Positions 14,131 to 27,080 of a stretch of DNA of 64,000 bases are shown here, one piece after another. A program made the translations under genes and the position numbers. The first letter of the stretch is position 1; every line of letters starts with the position of its first letter. Source of the DNA: Tubiluchus corallicola (Eukaryota; Animalia; Priapulida); contig JAQGDQ010000175.1 in assembly GCA_030141605.1 (NCBI GenBank), forward strand, positions 1 to 64,000, read 5' to 3'. The notes under the pieces are model-generated. The model was given only the letters and a program-made list of their open reading frames with translations, did no database searches and was not told the DNA's origin.

Positions 14131-15535
14131 ATTATCCTGCTCATATGAAAGTATGTGTGAGAGAGTCATTGCATCCAGTCAATATTGGCATCCCGAACGT
14201 CGGAACGTGCAACATGACTGTTGTGAATGCGTGTCGTGGCCGCTTCACTACCTATAAACTTTAAAGCTGCGTGAAGGCAGAAATTGCACGATCTTGGGTG
14301 TATCGTTAAAAATTGCAGACAAGCAGGTTGTCGGGTCTAAATAATCTCGCATATACCGAAGTAGCGGGGAAAGAGGTTAAACAACTATTCTTAACTATAT
14401 TATTACTTAAACGCTGATAATTGCTTTTAATCTTTCTACTGAAATTACTTACTAAAAAGTGATTTTGATTTTCCCGGGCTGTTACTAATGCACCTCACTA
14501 GAAGCTCGTGCGTCATGGTGAGGACAGCAAAACTTCGATTCATGCGCAGCTTGACTAGCTAGTTCCTCGTGTTGCATGGATGGGCCAAACTGTCACGCAG
14601 CTGTGAAAGGGCACAAGGCCGTAACATTTGCTTTTGGTAGATACTAGATTTTATTCGTGTTTTTTATATCAAACATATATAGCGATGAGACAGTTGGTAA
14701 AAATCAAGTATCACTTTTCTCTGTTAAGTAATTTTCTGCAGGCTATAAAACGTATCAAAAAACGCCGATTAGCAGCTGAATGTAAGTTGAGACACCTACA
14801 AAATTCATTAATTGCTTCCAGCAAAGCAGCTTTGAACACCAACTCCTGCTTCAGGCGGCCTAGGAATACAGCCAGACAGAAGCATATATAAGGCGTTTGA
14901 CTCAGTCCTCAAATTTATGTTGGATGATCGATAAAAAACCGTAAATGGTTTCTCAGCGCAGGGTTCAAATACATTTGTGGTTCTAATCTTGTTTTTCTTC
15001 TTTCTTGTCTAATCTTCTTTTTAATTGTGAGATTTTTTTATGGTCCGAGATCTGTGTTTTAGCAATGCTAAGGCAGCTAAGCATGCTAAATTGCTAAATT
15101 TACTGTGTGCGACATTGCTATGAAAGCAATTGACGAAATTCTCCCTGAACTACGTATTCACGAAAAGTAGTAACTGCAATGCTAATTCACATTGACGTAT
15201 ACATCTTGTTACAACAGCTTAAAGTCAAACTCTGCCCATTTCAAATCGGGTGCAATGCTAATCCACCGTAAATTTGCTAGAATAACTCTGCCAGGTTAAT
15301 TAAGCTCACCTGTGACAAAGCAGCTCAAATTTTAACTAAGAAAACGTGGTCAGGAGCGAATGTTGCCCAGGACAAAATACAACTATTATAATATTATACG
15401 CTTTTGAAGATGAATAGCATATTATTCATTTATCATATTATTCTTTAGCATATTAAAACTGCTAAAGATTTAATGTTCCATGCGCTTTGCCTTAGCCCTA
15501 TAGTCTTTATAAAAATATAAACTGAGAATAGGAGA

Positions 15536-16048
15536 ACAAATTCGACAGACACTATTGGTCGAGAGATTCACTGAACTCGAGATTGTGGATCAAAAATCTG
15601 GCTCTGTCAGTATATGTAAAATTCGTTCTATTATACTCATTCGCAGGCTTGAGTTTACGTTTAGTTTTTAGATTTTTTAGAAGATGATTTAATGCTGCCA
15701 TCTTTAATGCCTGATGGCAAATCAAAAATCAGTCAGTCCAGAATTTATTTTAGTATGTTGCACATTTGCAGACAGTCCATTGCACATTATTTGTTAAAAT
15801 AATGTTATCGTCGTCATTTTAAGTTCAAGATGGCAAATCAAAAATTGAGCTGTGTCTGTCGATGCAGAACTTGTTTTTATACATTCCTGTTTCATGCCTT
15901 GCGAATTGTGGGAGCTTTGGTTTTTTCCGAGAATGATCTTAATGCTATCATCTTAATTTCAGAATGGCGTATCGAAAATCGACTCTCTCAGTTGATGCAG
16001 AACAGAATCCATCTTAGGATATTCGTGAAAAAGAAAGAATTACGAGTG

Positions 16049-16112
<64 letters not shown>

Positions 16113-16173
16113 GCGTGCGTGCGTGAGTGTGTATGTGCGTGCGTGTGTGCGCGCGCGCGAGTGTGTATGAGAA

Positions 16174-16207
<34 letters not shown>

Positions 16208-16210
16208 TGT
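15536..16210 (-). mobile_element. Helentron/DINE-like non-autonomous element, copy 1 (partial)
   Basis: Aligns by eye with 25987-26400 (CTATTGGTCGAGAG...GAGATTGTGGATCAAAAATCTGGCT...). Contains about 4 internal repeat units and ends in (GT)n/(GA)n/(GACA)n microsatellites at 16051-16206. Confidence 0.6.
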
Positions 16211-19200
16211 GAGTGTCTTCTGCCTAAAAATTTAATAATAGTGACGAGTTTATAGGTACCAGATGATCCCACACCAATCTTCCCTTATATCTAGTAACAA
16301 TTCTAGTAAATTTATTCATGTTGTTTTAATTTCAGTGTTTGGTCATTTAGTGCATTCGAGATGTTTTACAAGTAATTTAATTACTCATGATTGCTGACAG
16401 CAGTCGCAGCGGCAAGATCTCTTGTGAACACAAGCTTGCTATTACATCTCTTAAAATAAACATTTCCTTCTACTTTTGAATTATAGCTTGGGTACAAAGT
16501 TTAATACCGGTAGAAGTTTTAGCAAGTTTTGTGGATTCCAAAATATTGAACTTCGCCAACATAATTTTATAAGCAAACTGTAGAAATTTTGCAATGCGTT
16601 CCTTCACACAGCTCGCCTTCACGGCATTAACGCTGCCCAGCAGACACTAGCTTAACATCATTTTTTTAATAAGGGCATCAACGTTCGTTTGGCGGGAGAT
16701 AAGAAATATTTAAATTTCTTTTATTACATGTTTAAGCAAGGCATTTTATGCGCACATTTTTGTATTGTGATATCAGTATTTTTAATTGTACATTAAAATG
16801 CAATAAGTGTTGTTCGGTGGTAGGTTTTTCCTTTAAGCTGCGCAGCAATAGATCATGAGTACCATATGTGCATCTGTAGACCACAAAATAACTAAGACAT
16901 CACAGCAGCGATCATATTGAAATTACTCAAATTACTGAAATTACTTTTATCTAACCAAATGGGTTTCTCTAGAAAGGCTCTGACGCTTCTTTATGGTAGA
17001 AACTGTTGTAGCGTTAAAGTAATAACGGCGATTGTATTGGGAAAGTGAAGAATCTAGCTCAGTTATTGGCTAAGTAATTATGCCTAGTACCTTCAAGCAA
17101 AATTTCAGCTTCCTGGGATGAAAACTGTGGCCTGAGATAGCTTTCAAAAATAAATGTGAAAACAATACTATCACCACCCCTCAAAACGAATATGACCCAA
17201 GCTTTAAAGATCCCGTGCTTCATGCGTATCTTGGGTACATCGATACGTCTGTACATAGAAGAGCCTAATTCTCTCGTACTAATTGTTTACATTTCTAAGA
17301 AACTTTTGTAAACTACGGCAAAATGAAGTGAAATGCAATCTTTTCTATTCTAAGCTTCCGCTTAAATGCGTTTATTTTCAATTCAGCAATGTAAAATTAT
17401 TGATAAAATTTGCATGACGAAATTCTGTAGAAATTGAAATCAGAAATGACAGCTTCACTGAGGGAATTCTGTGATATAATACCCAGGTAAAATGTGTGGA
17501 TAAAATTCCTTTAACAGTCTTCAGAAACAATTAAGCTATTTCACAAACTGACTGAACGGCGGATTATGGATTGTCAAGTTTTAAAGCTATTGCTGGCGTT
17601 CTTGAGATTGCTTGGCTTCTGGACTTTGGATTTGGTGCGGGCCCGTTGCCACACTTGTTCGGATGGGAAAGCCAAAAAATGTGCATGCAAGTTGAACAGT
17701 GTTGCAGATTTAACTTACTTATTCGCGATATTCATCACATTGGAACCTTCGTTGGTTGAGCTTTTAATTTTTTATGTCCGTTTTATGTTATCTTTCACTT
17801 CAGTATTCCTTTGTAATTGCAGAATTTTGTGATGTCATTAGTCATCTTGTTATTTCACAGTGGTTGATTCATTATGTTTAATTTCAATAGGCTTTCTTTG
17901 TAACGCCTTAACTCATTCTTAAAGCATTTTCTTCCTGTTAATTAACAACTTTTTACTGGATCGCTCTAATTACTGATTAGAACAGAACTACTTGCCAAGG
18001 AATTCATAAAATATTGCAGTCACTTTTCTATTTTACTTTTTGTGTAAGCGTCGGGCGGACTTTAATTTATGCAAATATGCGTATATTTGCTGCGTATTAT
18101 TATGATAGGCAGAAAAACTCACAGATTTCATTTCGAATAAGCACAGATCCGTCACTTTATAATAAAAAGGAAAATAGGGTTTATTTGTAATTCATTTGAT
18201 GGGGTACTCAACATTAAAAATTTGAACATTTGTAACAAGTATCCTAAAAATTCCAGTTGCACATTATTGTAAAGTTTTTTAGTATGGTAAATATTATTAT
18301 GTTCCACTACTTGTTTACACATATACATTTATTTATGCACAAAGATGTTGTACTGATATCGCAGTTCTGTTAAAAGTCATGTTTACAGTGGTTTGTTGAC
18401 CTTTATCTACGTGCTTATTGATTGACCACCATTGAATGTGCCTAGCCACTGTTTAGAATGATTTGTAAATAAAGGTTAATGTTGTTAATGTTGATTCCTA
18501 AACGGATAATCGATCTGGACAGTTATGATTACATTGAAATGCCATTAAAGCTTTCAAATATAGTTATCGTTTAGACTGCTGGGCAATGCCAGCGATGTAC
18601 TAATGTACATGGTTTAGTCAAATTTCTAGATCTTCTGGCAGTATCAAAAGAATACCCTCAGTTTAGGTTCAAGGACTTTTTACCAAAAGCAAATGGGAGT
18701 GCTGTAGAAGATGCCATAGAAGTCAACATGTCAGAAACAAGCAGCGAGCCACATTAAGAACGTTTTTATTATCATTATGCACACTCAATATTGACCATCA
18801 CATCATTTTGTTGCTAAGGTAACACAATATTACGGACAGCTCTTTCAACACACTTTATAATTGTAGGCCTACATAGTTACTATTAATACCATGAGAGCAA
18901 AATATGTAATTTGTGAGATGCTCTTGAAATCCGGTGTGCATTAGGATTTAGGAGCAGTGCATGCAGTGTGACTGAGTTGTATCTAGGATAGCTATTAAAT
19001 TTAAACTTCATTCTCAAATGTAAACTTTTGTCTGTTCAGGAAGTCCAAATTGAAATGATGATTCACGCACTCTGCAAAAATAAAACTGAAAACTATGATG
19101 AAATGTGTAAAACCTAAATACACAACACTAATATTACTTTAAGAAAACCTATTAGTGCCACTCAGTTATCAGTTGCCAAGTAACAAAATTTGGAGTCGTG

Positions 19201-20785
19201 TTTTACTTCGACCAATGTGGATGCATCTCGAGCGGCACTGCCTCTTGCAGGGGGCAGGGAGGGGGGTAGGTTGGAGGCTTGAGGACGACAGGACAGTTTA
19301 TGAATAGGTCACAAACACAAATAAATGTCTGGAAGGTACACGTGCTGCCATCTATAGCAACAGAAGATGCTTTGATCCTGCCACAAACAATCAAGCGAGT
19401 AACAAAATGAATTTACTATACACTACAGACGAGACTCTTCTATGATTACTGTAGCATTACCGTATTACATTGTACAGTAATTATACAGTAATACAATTAC
19501 CCACCTTGCATTTTCGATTTGCAAAATCGAGGGATGACACGCCTCAAGCTGCGGCATTCGACCCTCGCCAGATTTCAAAAGGGGCGTTTCATTTATTTTT
19601 GCAGTGTATAGTAATCCTTCATAGCAATTTGTTAGGCTATGTAGCCGCTTCCTGTTTCATCAATTTCGCAAAATACAACAACATTTCGTATCACAATCAG
19701 TCCCGCAGTGAACCTTCTTATATGACAATTTCAATCCAATTAAGAAACGCAAGGAGTTTTTACAAAATGTTTTCCGCTTTTCCTGTTCTAGAAAAGTCAC
19801 TGCAATTACGCGAGCTCAGTAGCAAGATTTACCAAACAACGCTAATTATCAGTACGTTAAATATACGATGTTTCTTAATGTAACAAAATGAACTGTCACA
19901 GACTCTAGCAGAGAAAAAGTTACACCCCAGGTGTAAAATCTGTAGTCCTGCTAAGTGCTAATTAGTTTACTATTATTAAGTTGTAACTTTTAATCTATGT
20001 CGTTTGTTTATGACTCTGTTTGAGTATCGTGTACTCTGGTAAGTACATGACTAAGTTCAAACAACTAGCTAGCTGGCACAAGAATGAACATACATAATTA
20101 CACTACAGGATATTAGTCTGTGTAACTATAAAGGCAGACCTCACCACGAACCACCATTTATTTAAATAAAAAAGTTACTCCGCCTGAATATTTGAGTGAA
20201 TGAAGCACATTTTATGGTCAAAAGTAGAACGGTTTCTCCGTAAAGGATCGTTGCTGATTATTTCGTTTGGATATAACTAACTGACCATTTGCTCGCTTTT
20301 ACCCAGTTATCAGTCTTTTAACCCTCTCTTAGTATAATGTTGTAAAGGGGAAATGGAAAGGCTTATCACCAGCAAAAAACTTGTATTAAAATCAATAATA
20401 AATGATATGTCATCAATAATAAAAGGTAGGTCATTATTTAGTTACTCCTTTGCGATGTAACCTTAAAAACAGGACGTGAAGCTAGTCTTATTCTAAGTTT
20501 TCAACTAGTTCTTATATTGTATGACTTCGTATTCTAAGTCCTTACGATAAAAAGCTCGATGACTTTCTAAATAACATATTCACGAAATGGCCATGACAAC
20601 GGTAAATAGTAGTCTAAGTGACATATCTTGACTGTTGAGCAAAGAAAAACTCAATACTGTAAGCGAATAGTCCAATGCGTTGCATTCCGGACTGGTTGTA
20701 GATAAAAAAGCAACGGCCTGCAGTAGATCCCTGTGGTACACACAGTTTATATTCTGTGTATGAACTGCGTGTACTAATACCGTTT

Positions 20786-20809
20786 ACTACTACTACTAGT
20801 ATTATTATT

Positions 20810-20843
<34 letters not shown>
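20786..20843. repeat. Compound trinucleotide microsatellite (TAC)n(TAT)n(TGT)n
   Basis: Directly visible. Confidence 0.9.
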
Positions 20844-20844
<1 letters not shown>

Positions 20845-23800
20845 GTGACGATTTTACCCCATGTATTGGGTTCTGTCTGTGTAGTTTTTTGCATTTTAAT
20901 GTATTGCATTGTATTTGTTATGTGTTGTAGTGTATCGTAAAACTGCAGTGTGCTGAATCATCAATAAATTATTATATAAGCTGGCTATATTATATGTATT
21001 CTGGGATATTCCATATCGGGGTATTCCATACAAATTGCCTATTTTGAGTATTTTTTCAAGTTGAGAGGGTAGGGCCGTGGGGGTGCAAAAAATCTAAACA
21101 TAGATAACTCTCTTCACTGAATTTAAAACCATGTCACTTATAACAAAGTAACAATACGCAGCAAGGCCGTGTGAGGCGACTGTCTAACTTCATTTCACTT
21201 CCCTGCACTGCTTCTTGGTAGTTTTTTTCCTTCACTGACATCAAGAATCAGCCTTCCATGTAAATTATAGTTTAAAGAAGCGGTGGTGTAATATAGTAGT
21301 AGCACTAGCGGAAGTGGCAGTTATCATAATAACCTGATTTCGTGCAGTATCACTCTGCACAGGGTGCATAGTTGTGTGATGATAACAACTGCTCAGTTAA
21401 TTCACTTTTACGACTACACTGCGAGGTTCATTATTTCAATAAAGTGTCGAAGGGTTTGAATAGGAAGCCGTAATGAGCCCCTCCCCACAGAGAATAAAGC
21501 AATTTGGGAATGGCGCGGAAGTTTTCATGGCCTTTATTAATTCTGAATTACATGCTGGCGAGTTACTGATTGTTTGTAGTTATTAATTAGTCAGTCCTAA
21601 ATAGTTAGTCCTAAACATTATTAATTAGAGGACTACCTGTCTTATCATCGCCCTGTGCCATGACTTGGTTATTTTAATAACTAGTGACGTCATATAATTA
21701 GGCTGTTCCGAAAAACATTTCGTAAACATTTTATAAGATATTTAATTATACTTATAAATATTTGATTTTACTACGTTTTTAGTATTCATAATTTGCAAAA
21801 GTGCAAGGTTATCGCATTATAAAACTAATTTAGGCGATGCTATTAGGCTGAGAGGTATCCAGGGTTGAATGTATCAACGGTTTTTTACTAACCCAGTGAG
21901 AAAACGAGAAACAATTTACTAAGTTGACTAAAGTTACTGAGGTATCATTACTGAAATTCTTATTAAGAAAGTGCTGTTAAGGCTAGAAGTGGCAAAACTT
22001 ACACGCAGTTTTCATACATCTATGACTTATTTTGTTTAGATGGTACTATGTCGAGACAGGCTATCAAATTTATGTTATGTATTAACAATTTTGTATTACT
22101 ATTGCTGCGGGAAGGTTTAATAAACGTTTTAAAATACATTTCTTTTTTTGTGGAAACGCAAAGTATTTAGCCTAAGATTGGTCAGGTCCGTGGCTAGGTA
22201 GTCTGGTTTCTTTGAGATCTAATCCATCAGTTGTCTGATATGTATTTAGGTTCGGTCTGACAGGGTAATTAGCGTCCCTAGTGGCTACGAGGGGAAATAA
22301 AATTAGAACATTAATCTTTAACTATCTTATTCTTGAGCCTACAAGCTAAAAGCAGTTTTTTTAGACCCGTTATTAACTCAGTCTAGTGCGTATGTTGAGG
22401 TATTCAGTCCTCATTCTTTTGATTTCTTGTAAAACTGTGTAGCTTAATTTGTGAGCAGAGTGCATTGCCATACTGTTTTGCACAAAAACAAACAGTAGGC
22501 GCCTCCTTTCCTTTTAGTTAATGTTAATGCATTTAATATCATTTTGTAGTTTTGTAAAAATAGTTGGCAACGTGACAATTAAATTAAGATAGGCCTATAA
22601 TCTTTGGTAAAAAAAAACAATATTATGCGTACTTGTCTTTGGCATTCTTCAAAAACTTCTTGCATAACCACTTGTTGACGAAACTGTAAATTTTTCTCAG
22701 TTCATCAATAATGTATCCAATAATTAAAGCTTGTACGCACTATTTCGCAGCAATCAAACCCAGTAACGGTTTTTTGTTAATAATATGGCTTGTGGGGGTA
22801 ATTTATGTAGCTTCTTTTAAATATATTATGAAAGAATTGGCCAGTTACTTAGGTACTAAAATACATCAATATCCATTAATTAGTGAACATACTAGTTCCT
22901 CAAACGCATCACCAATCTCCTTTGAAGCCTCCACCCTTTTCACGGCGAATACAAAACTGTGACTGCCTGCAGTTCTTTGAAGAGCGCTATCAATCAGTTT
23001 CCCAAGCCTCCGCCATTCTGTTTGTTGCAAACTCTTGCTTAGTACAGTGGGTCGTTTATGCTCTTACTTGACTAATTACGAGTCTTATCATGCAACACAA
23101 CCTGTATTTCGGTTGGCCCCATCCCAACCGGAAATGGATCTGATTTTCTGCGAACGCTTCTAAAAAGTGGTATTAGACGTGTATGTATGAAGTCAACTTA
23201 CCTTAGCAACAGATAATTCAAATTTGCCATATTTACCTATTTGACGTAATCCACCCTCTTGCAATTTATTACACTAGGCTATTATGATTCTGTGAATAGA
23301 TTAAAAAGAGATTTGGCGTTATAGCCCAAAATGCTTACGTCGCCAATGATATTTGTCGTCAGAAATTTGACATAAATATCATCAGATTCTAAGCACAGTT
23401 TGATATTATAACAAACACAGCATACAGCGGAATGCTCTTATTGTTACGTGCAATGATGGAGGGTACGCACTTGATATTAATGGTAATAACCTTATATGCG
23501 TCCTATTCGTTAATCTAAAAAATCATCTGATTCCCACGTAATGTCTAAGTTCATCAAAAAAGCGGATTACAGGCCTACACTTAACTTGTAATTTTATTTT
23601 TCATAAGATTACACACGCCCTCGTAGTTTTATGTAGTCATGTGGAAGCCATAACAGCAGCTAGCAATGCAACTGCAGCTCGTAATCACTGTAAAGTCGTC
23701 ACTGAAAGCCTGTATCATAATGATTACCAATTTTGTGGTTTATAGCCTTCCCTATTATAATCCGATTACTGTCTAGAGTTTTCATTCAATTAGAAATGTA

Positions 23801-23953
23801 ATTACTTGATGCAGTTAAACTTGTACCATTGTTATCATGTAATATATTACTCCAAACGTTTCGTAATACTATCACATTGCTAATTACAAAATTTTCGTTA
23901 CAGTCTGACAATTTTTAAACTATTTTTGTTGTAATTCTTTGCTCTTTTTTCAG

Positions 23954-24158
23954 AGTATTATATTCCATATCGAGACGCATCCGCTGTACGACTGGTTTCA
24001 ACAATGTGTAGTTTACAACTTTTTTAAAACTCCAGCGCACCAGATGGCTTACCTCATGTTCACGTTCTTCGCTATGTATCTCTTGCCATTAGTCGTCATC
24101 ACCGTATCCTACGCCGTCATTCTATACGTGGTCATCAAGAAAACCCGGGAAACGAAAG
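23954..24158 (+). CDS. AKHR: AKH/GnRH-family peptide GPCR, internal exon (ECL2-TM5-start of ICL3)
   Basis: Acceptor TTTTTTCAG (phase 0); SIIFHIETHPLYDWFQQCVVYNFF...MYLLPLVVITVSYAVIL closely resembles arthropod AKH receptor ECL2/TM5. Donor AG|GTGATT is phase 1 and matches the exon at 32392. Confidence 0.9.
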
Positions 24159-24267
24159 GTGATTAACAGTCAATTTTTCTTAACAGTAAGAAAACTCCTA
24201 GGCATGAACTTCAAGGAGTAATATCTAAGTAATTTAATAAGGCAGTTATTACAGTTTTGAAACAGAA

Positions 24268-24704
24268 CTTGACCGAAAACGGAAAAGGATTTGAACCAAC
24301 GCCCTTGAAGTTACAAGCCAACACTGCTATGGTTACTATAGACATCAGTCTGTTTTGATCATGCTGGTTTTATTAACTCTTATAGCTAACCAATCAATTT
24401 CCACCATCTCCAGAAATAAATTAGTTTTCTCATGTTAGACTAAATACTAATTAACTGGACTATTTTTGTAATTAATTTAGAGCACAAAGTGTTATTTAAC
24501 TATTTATAATCTTAAGTTTAAAATTATCAGTATTTTTAGAGTGAACTTACAATTATTAAATCATGCTTTAAACCAAACTTTGAAACAAGAACTTTCAATG
24601 GCTGTGTCCATTAGGATTAGAATTAACATTTGTCATTATCACAAATGGCTGCATGGTAACACAGCGTTCAAATTTGTAATCCAAAGGTTTAAATCCCGGT
24701 TCAA
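24268..24704. mobile_element. Element with two inverted, decayed tRNA-like arms
   Basis: Minus arm 24287-24348 has B-box GGTTCAAATCC and a CTTGTAA loop. Plus arm 24645-24700 has A-box-like TGGCTGCATGG, TTGTAA and GGTTTAAATCC. The arms resemble each other. Confidence 0.4.
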
Positions 24705-25976
24705 TCTCAGCTTAGGAGGACCGGAAACACAAGACCTAAAACACGATGACCTCACTTTCAGTAATATGACCAAGAGCTTAATGGTTTTTCTTTATTACGT
24801 AACGTGGAGTTCGTTGCTAATGGCTGTAGCAGCGTTGGACTTCTGGTTCATATCCAGGTATGGGAACAATTTCGTAATCGGTCAAGTTTTGCTTCAAAAC
24901 TGTAACAATTGCAAGAATATGTAGCTTAATGTATATACATAATAGCATAATTTTACTGTGCTTCGAAGCCTTCAAACACCAAGTACGGTGCTTGTATCCA
25001 ATTTTATGAAAGGCCTATAATTAGTTGTGTGTTACTGGTACACTGACAACTTTTTCATAGTGCACATCCGGGAGGTAGCTGCGGGTCCGTGCAGGAGGAT
25101 CCCAAAATTGGGCACTTGTCTATCTTTTATATAGATTTTTTTCAAACTATGTGCATCACCAAATAGTTGAGTTTGATAAAACTATAATTAATGTAAAGTG
25201 GGTTGAGGCAGCACCAGAATTAACGATCGTCTACGATAATCGAGTAATCGATAATTGGCGAAAACGTAATTGCCCCACTCAAAATACCAAAAGTTTTTCT
25301 CGGCTTGTGTGCCACTCAGCAAGTTTAGAAAAGCCTTCACTAACAGTACAGGCAGGCCCTTGTGTATTCTAGCTTCGTTTTTGTGCCAAAATTGATTTTT
25401 GCGCCTAGTTAAGCCATTTTAGGGTTGCTGAATTTAATAAAGGATGGGTACCCTTTTTTTTCGTGCACATCTTCGGCTGCCATTTTGGGTTTCAAATTGG
25501 CCGTCACTAACATTAAAAAATTCATAACTTCCTCATAGGACGTACAGCTAGGTTCAGTTTTTTCACAAGTAAGAAAGTGGGATGGGCTAGACGTGCTTTA
25601 AATACTTTTAAAAAAAGTGGGAGTGGCTAAGTCAGGCGATAGGGCCCAAAATGTCCAAAGTGGTGCAAATGTCTTTGTCGCTCAATTCCTTGCTATATTT
25701 TGCTAGGATCCCACGTTGTTGCGTTTATTTCTGACATATTTCTAATCCAAATTTCTGACATAGCGCCCAGCACTATAACGAAATTAAGCCATATGTGTTT
25801 TATTAAATTTAACTTTAGCTCTTGCCGTTCGTTAGAGCGCTGGCACACAAATTGAACTTTACTACATAAAGTAGAAAATCACTCAAAATTAACTTTAGAG
25901 ATTAAAGGTAAAAAAACACGCCAATTACTGTCTACTCGCAAACTGAAATGCACCATAAGTAGAAATACACTATCGA

Positions 25977-27080
25977 AATAAAAACGAATTCGAGACGAAC
26001 TATTGGTCGAGAGACTCCTGAACTTGAGATTGTGGATCAAAAATCTGGCTGCGCCAATAGATGCGAAATTTGTTCTAGTATGTTGGTTCGCAGCTTTACG
26101 TTTAAGTTTTTGGATTTGTTAGAAAACGACGTCAATGTCGCGATCTTCAATTCACGATGCAAATCGAAAATCCGACTCTCTCTCAAATCGACGCAAAATT
26201 CATTCTAGTATATTCCTTTAAAAGTTTCATGACGATTCATTGCGAATTGTTGGAGCCGTAGGCTTTTTGAAAAATTATATTATTGCCGCCACCCTGAATT
26301 CAAAATGGCGGATCGAAAATCGGACTGCGATGCAGAATTCGTTCTGTTATAGTCCTATGAAGCTTTATGACGATCCGTTGAAAACGGCGAGCATTATCGC
26401 CGCTATCTTGAGTTCAAAATGGTGAATCGAAAAATGTCGAAAATCTGTTTACGTCAATCATAGCCGAATTCGTTCTAGTAAATTTCTGTAAAGTTGTAAC
26501 GATCTATTGAGACTTGGTGGAACCTTACGTTGTTTAAAATTAATAATGTTATCGAAGCCATCTTAATTTGAAAATGGAGGTTAGAAAATCCCACTCCCCG
26601 TCTGTGCGGAATTTGTTCTAGCATTTTCCTGTAAAGTTTCATGGCGATTCGTAGTGAGTTGGCGAAGCCTTAATTCAAGATGGCGGATCGGAAATTAACT
26701 CGTCAGTCGCTGCAGAATTCGTTCTAGCATATTTCTGTCTGTGATTTTTCTTGACAATCCATTGTGATTTCGTGGAGCCTTTTTTCTCAACGGTCATTCC
26801 TTCTCCGGCAACGGTAACAACAGCGGCGACGACGGTGACGACTTCAATGAAGAAGAACAAAAGCAAGACACACAAGAAGAAGAACAAGGACAATATTAAT
26901 AAGAACAGCAAGAAGAACAACAAAAACAGGAAGAAAAAGAAGGACAAGGACAGGAAGAACAACGATGACGACAACACGAGCAAGAAGAAACAAAAAGACG
27001 AAGCGGAAGAAGAAGAAGAAGAAGAAGAAGAAGGACGAGGAGGAAAAAGACAACGACAAGGACAAGTTCTCGACCAGTAA
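25977..27080 (-). mobile_element. Helentron/DINE-1-like non-autonomous element with central tandem repeats, copy 2
   Basis: Sub-terminal inverted repeats CTATTGGTCGAGA (~26000) and TCTCGACCAGTAA (~27068). A short hairpin TTCG-AGA-CGAA and an A-run lie outside the left repeat. About six 105-145-bp units are anchored on AATTCGTTCTAG. An (AAG/AAC/GAC)-rich tract spans 26810-27065. Confidence 0.6.

Noticed and set aside
15830-16272. ORFs with CVCV/THTH runs
   Set aside because: Translations of (GT)n and the adjoining repeat element.
17566-17832. Hydrophobic ORFs with VLEIAW and VADL words, considered as the missing GPCR TM2/TM3 exon
   Set aside because: The words are in different frames and the wrong order, with no DRY motif and no compatible splice sites.
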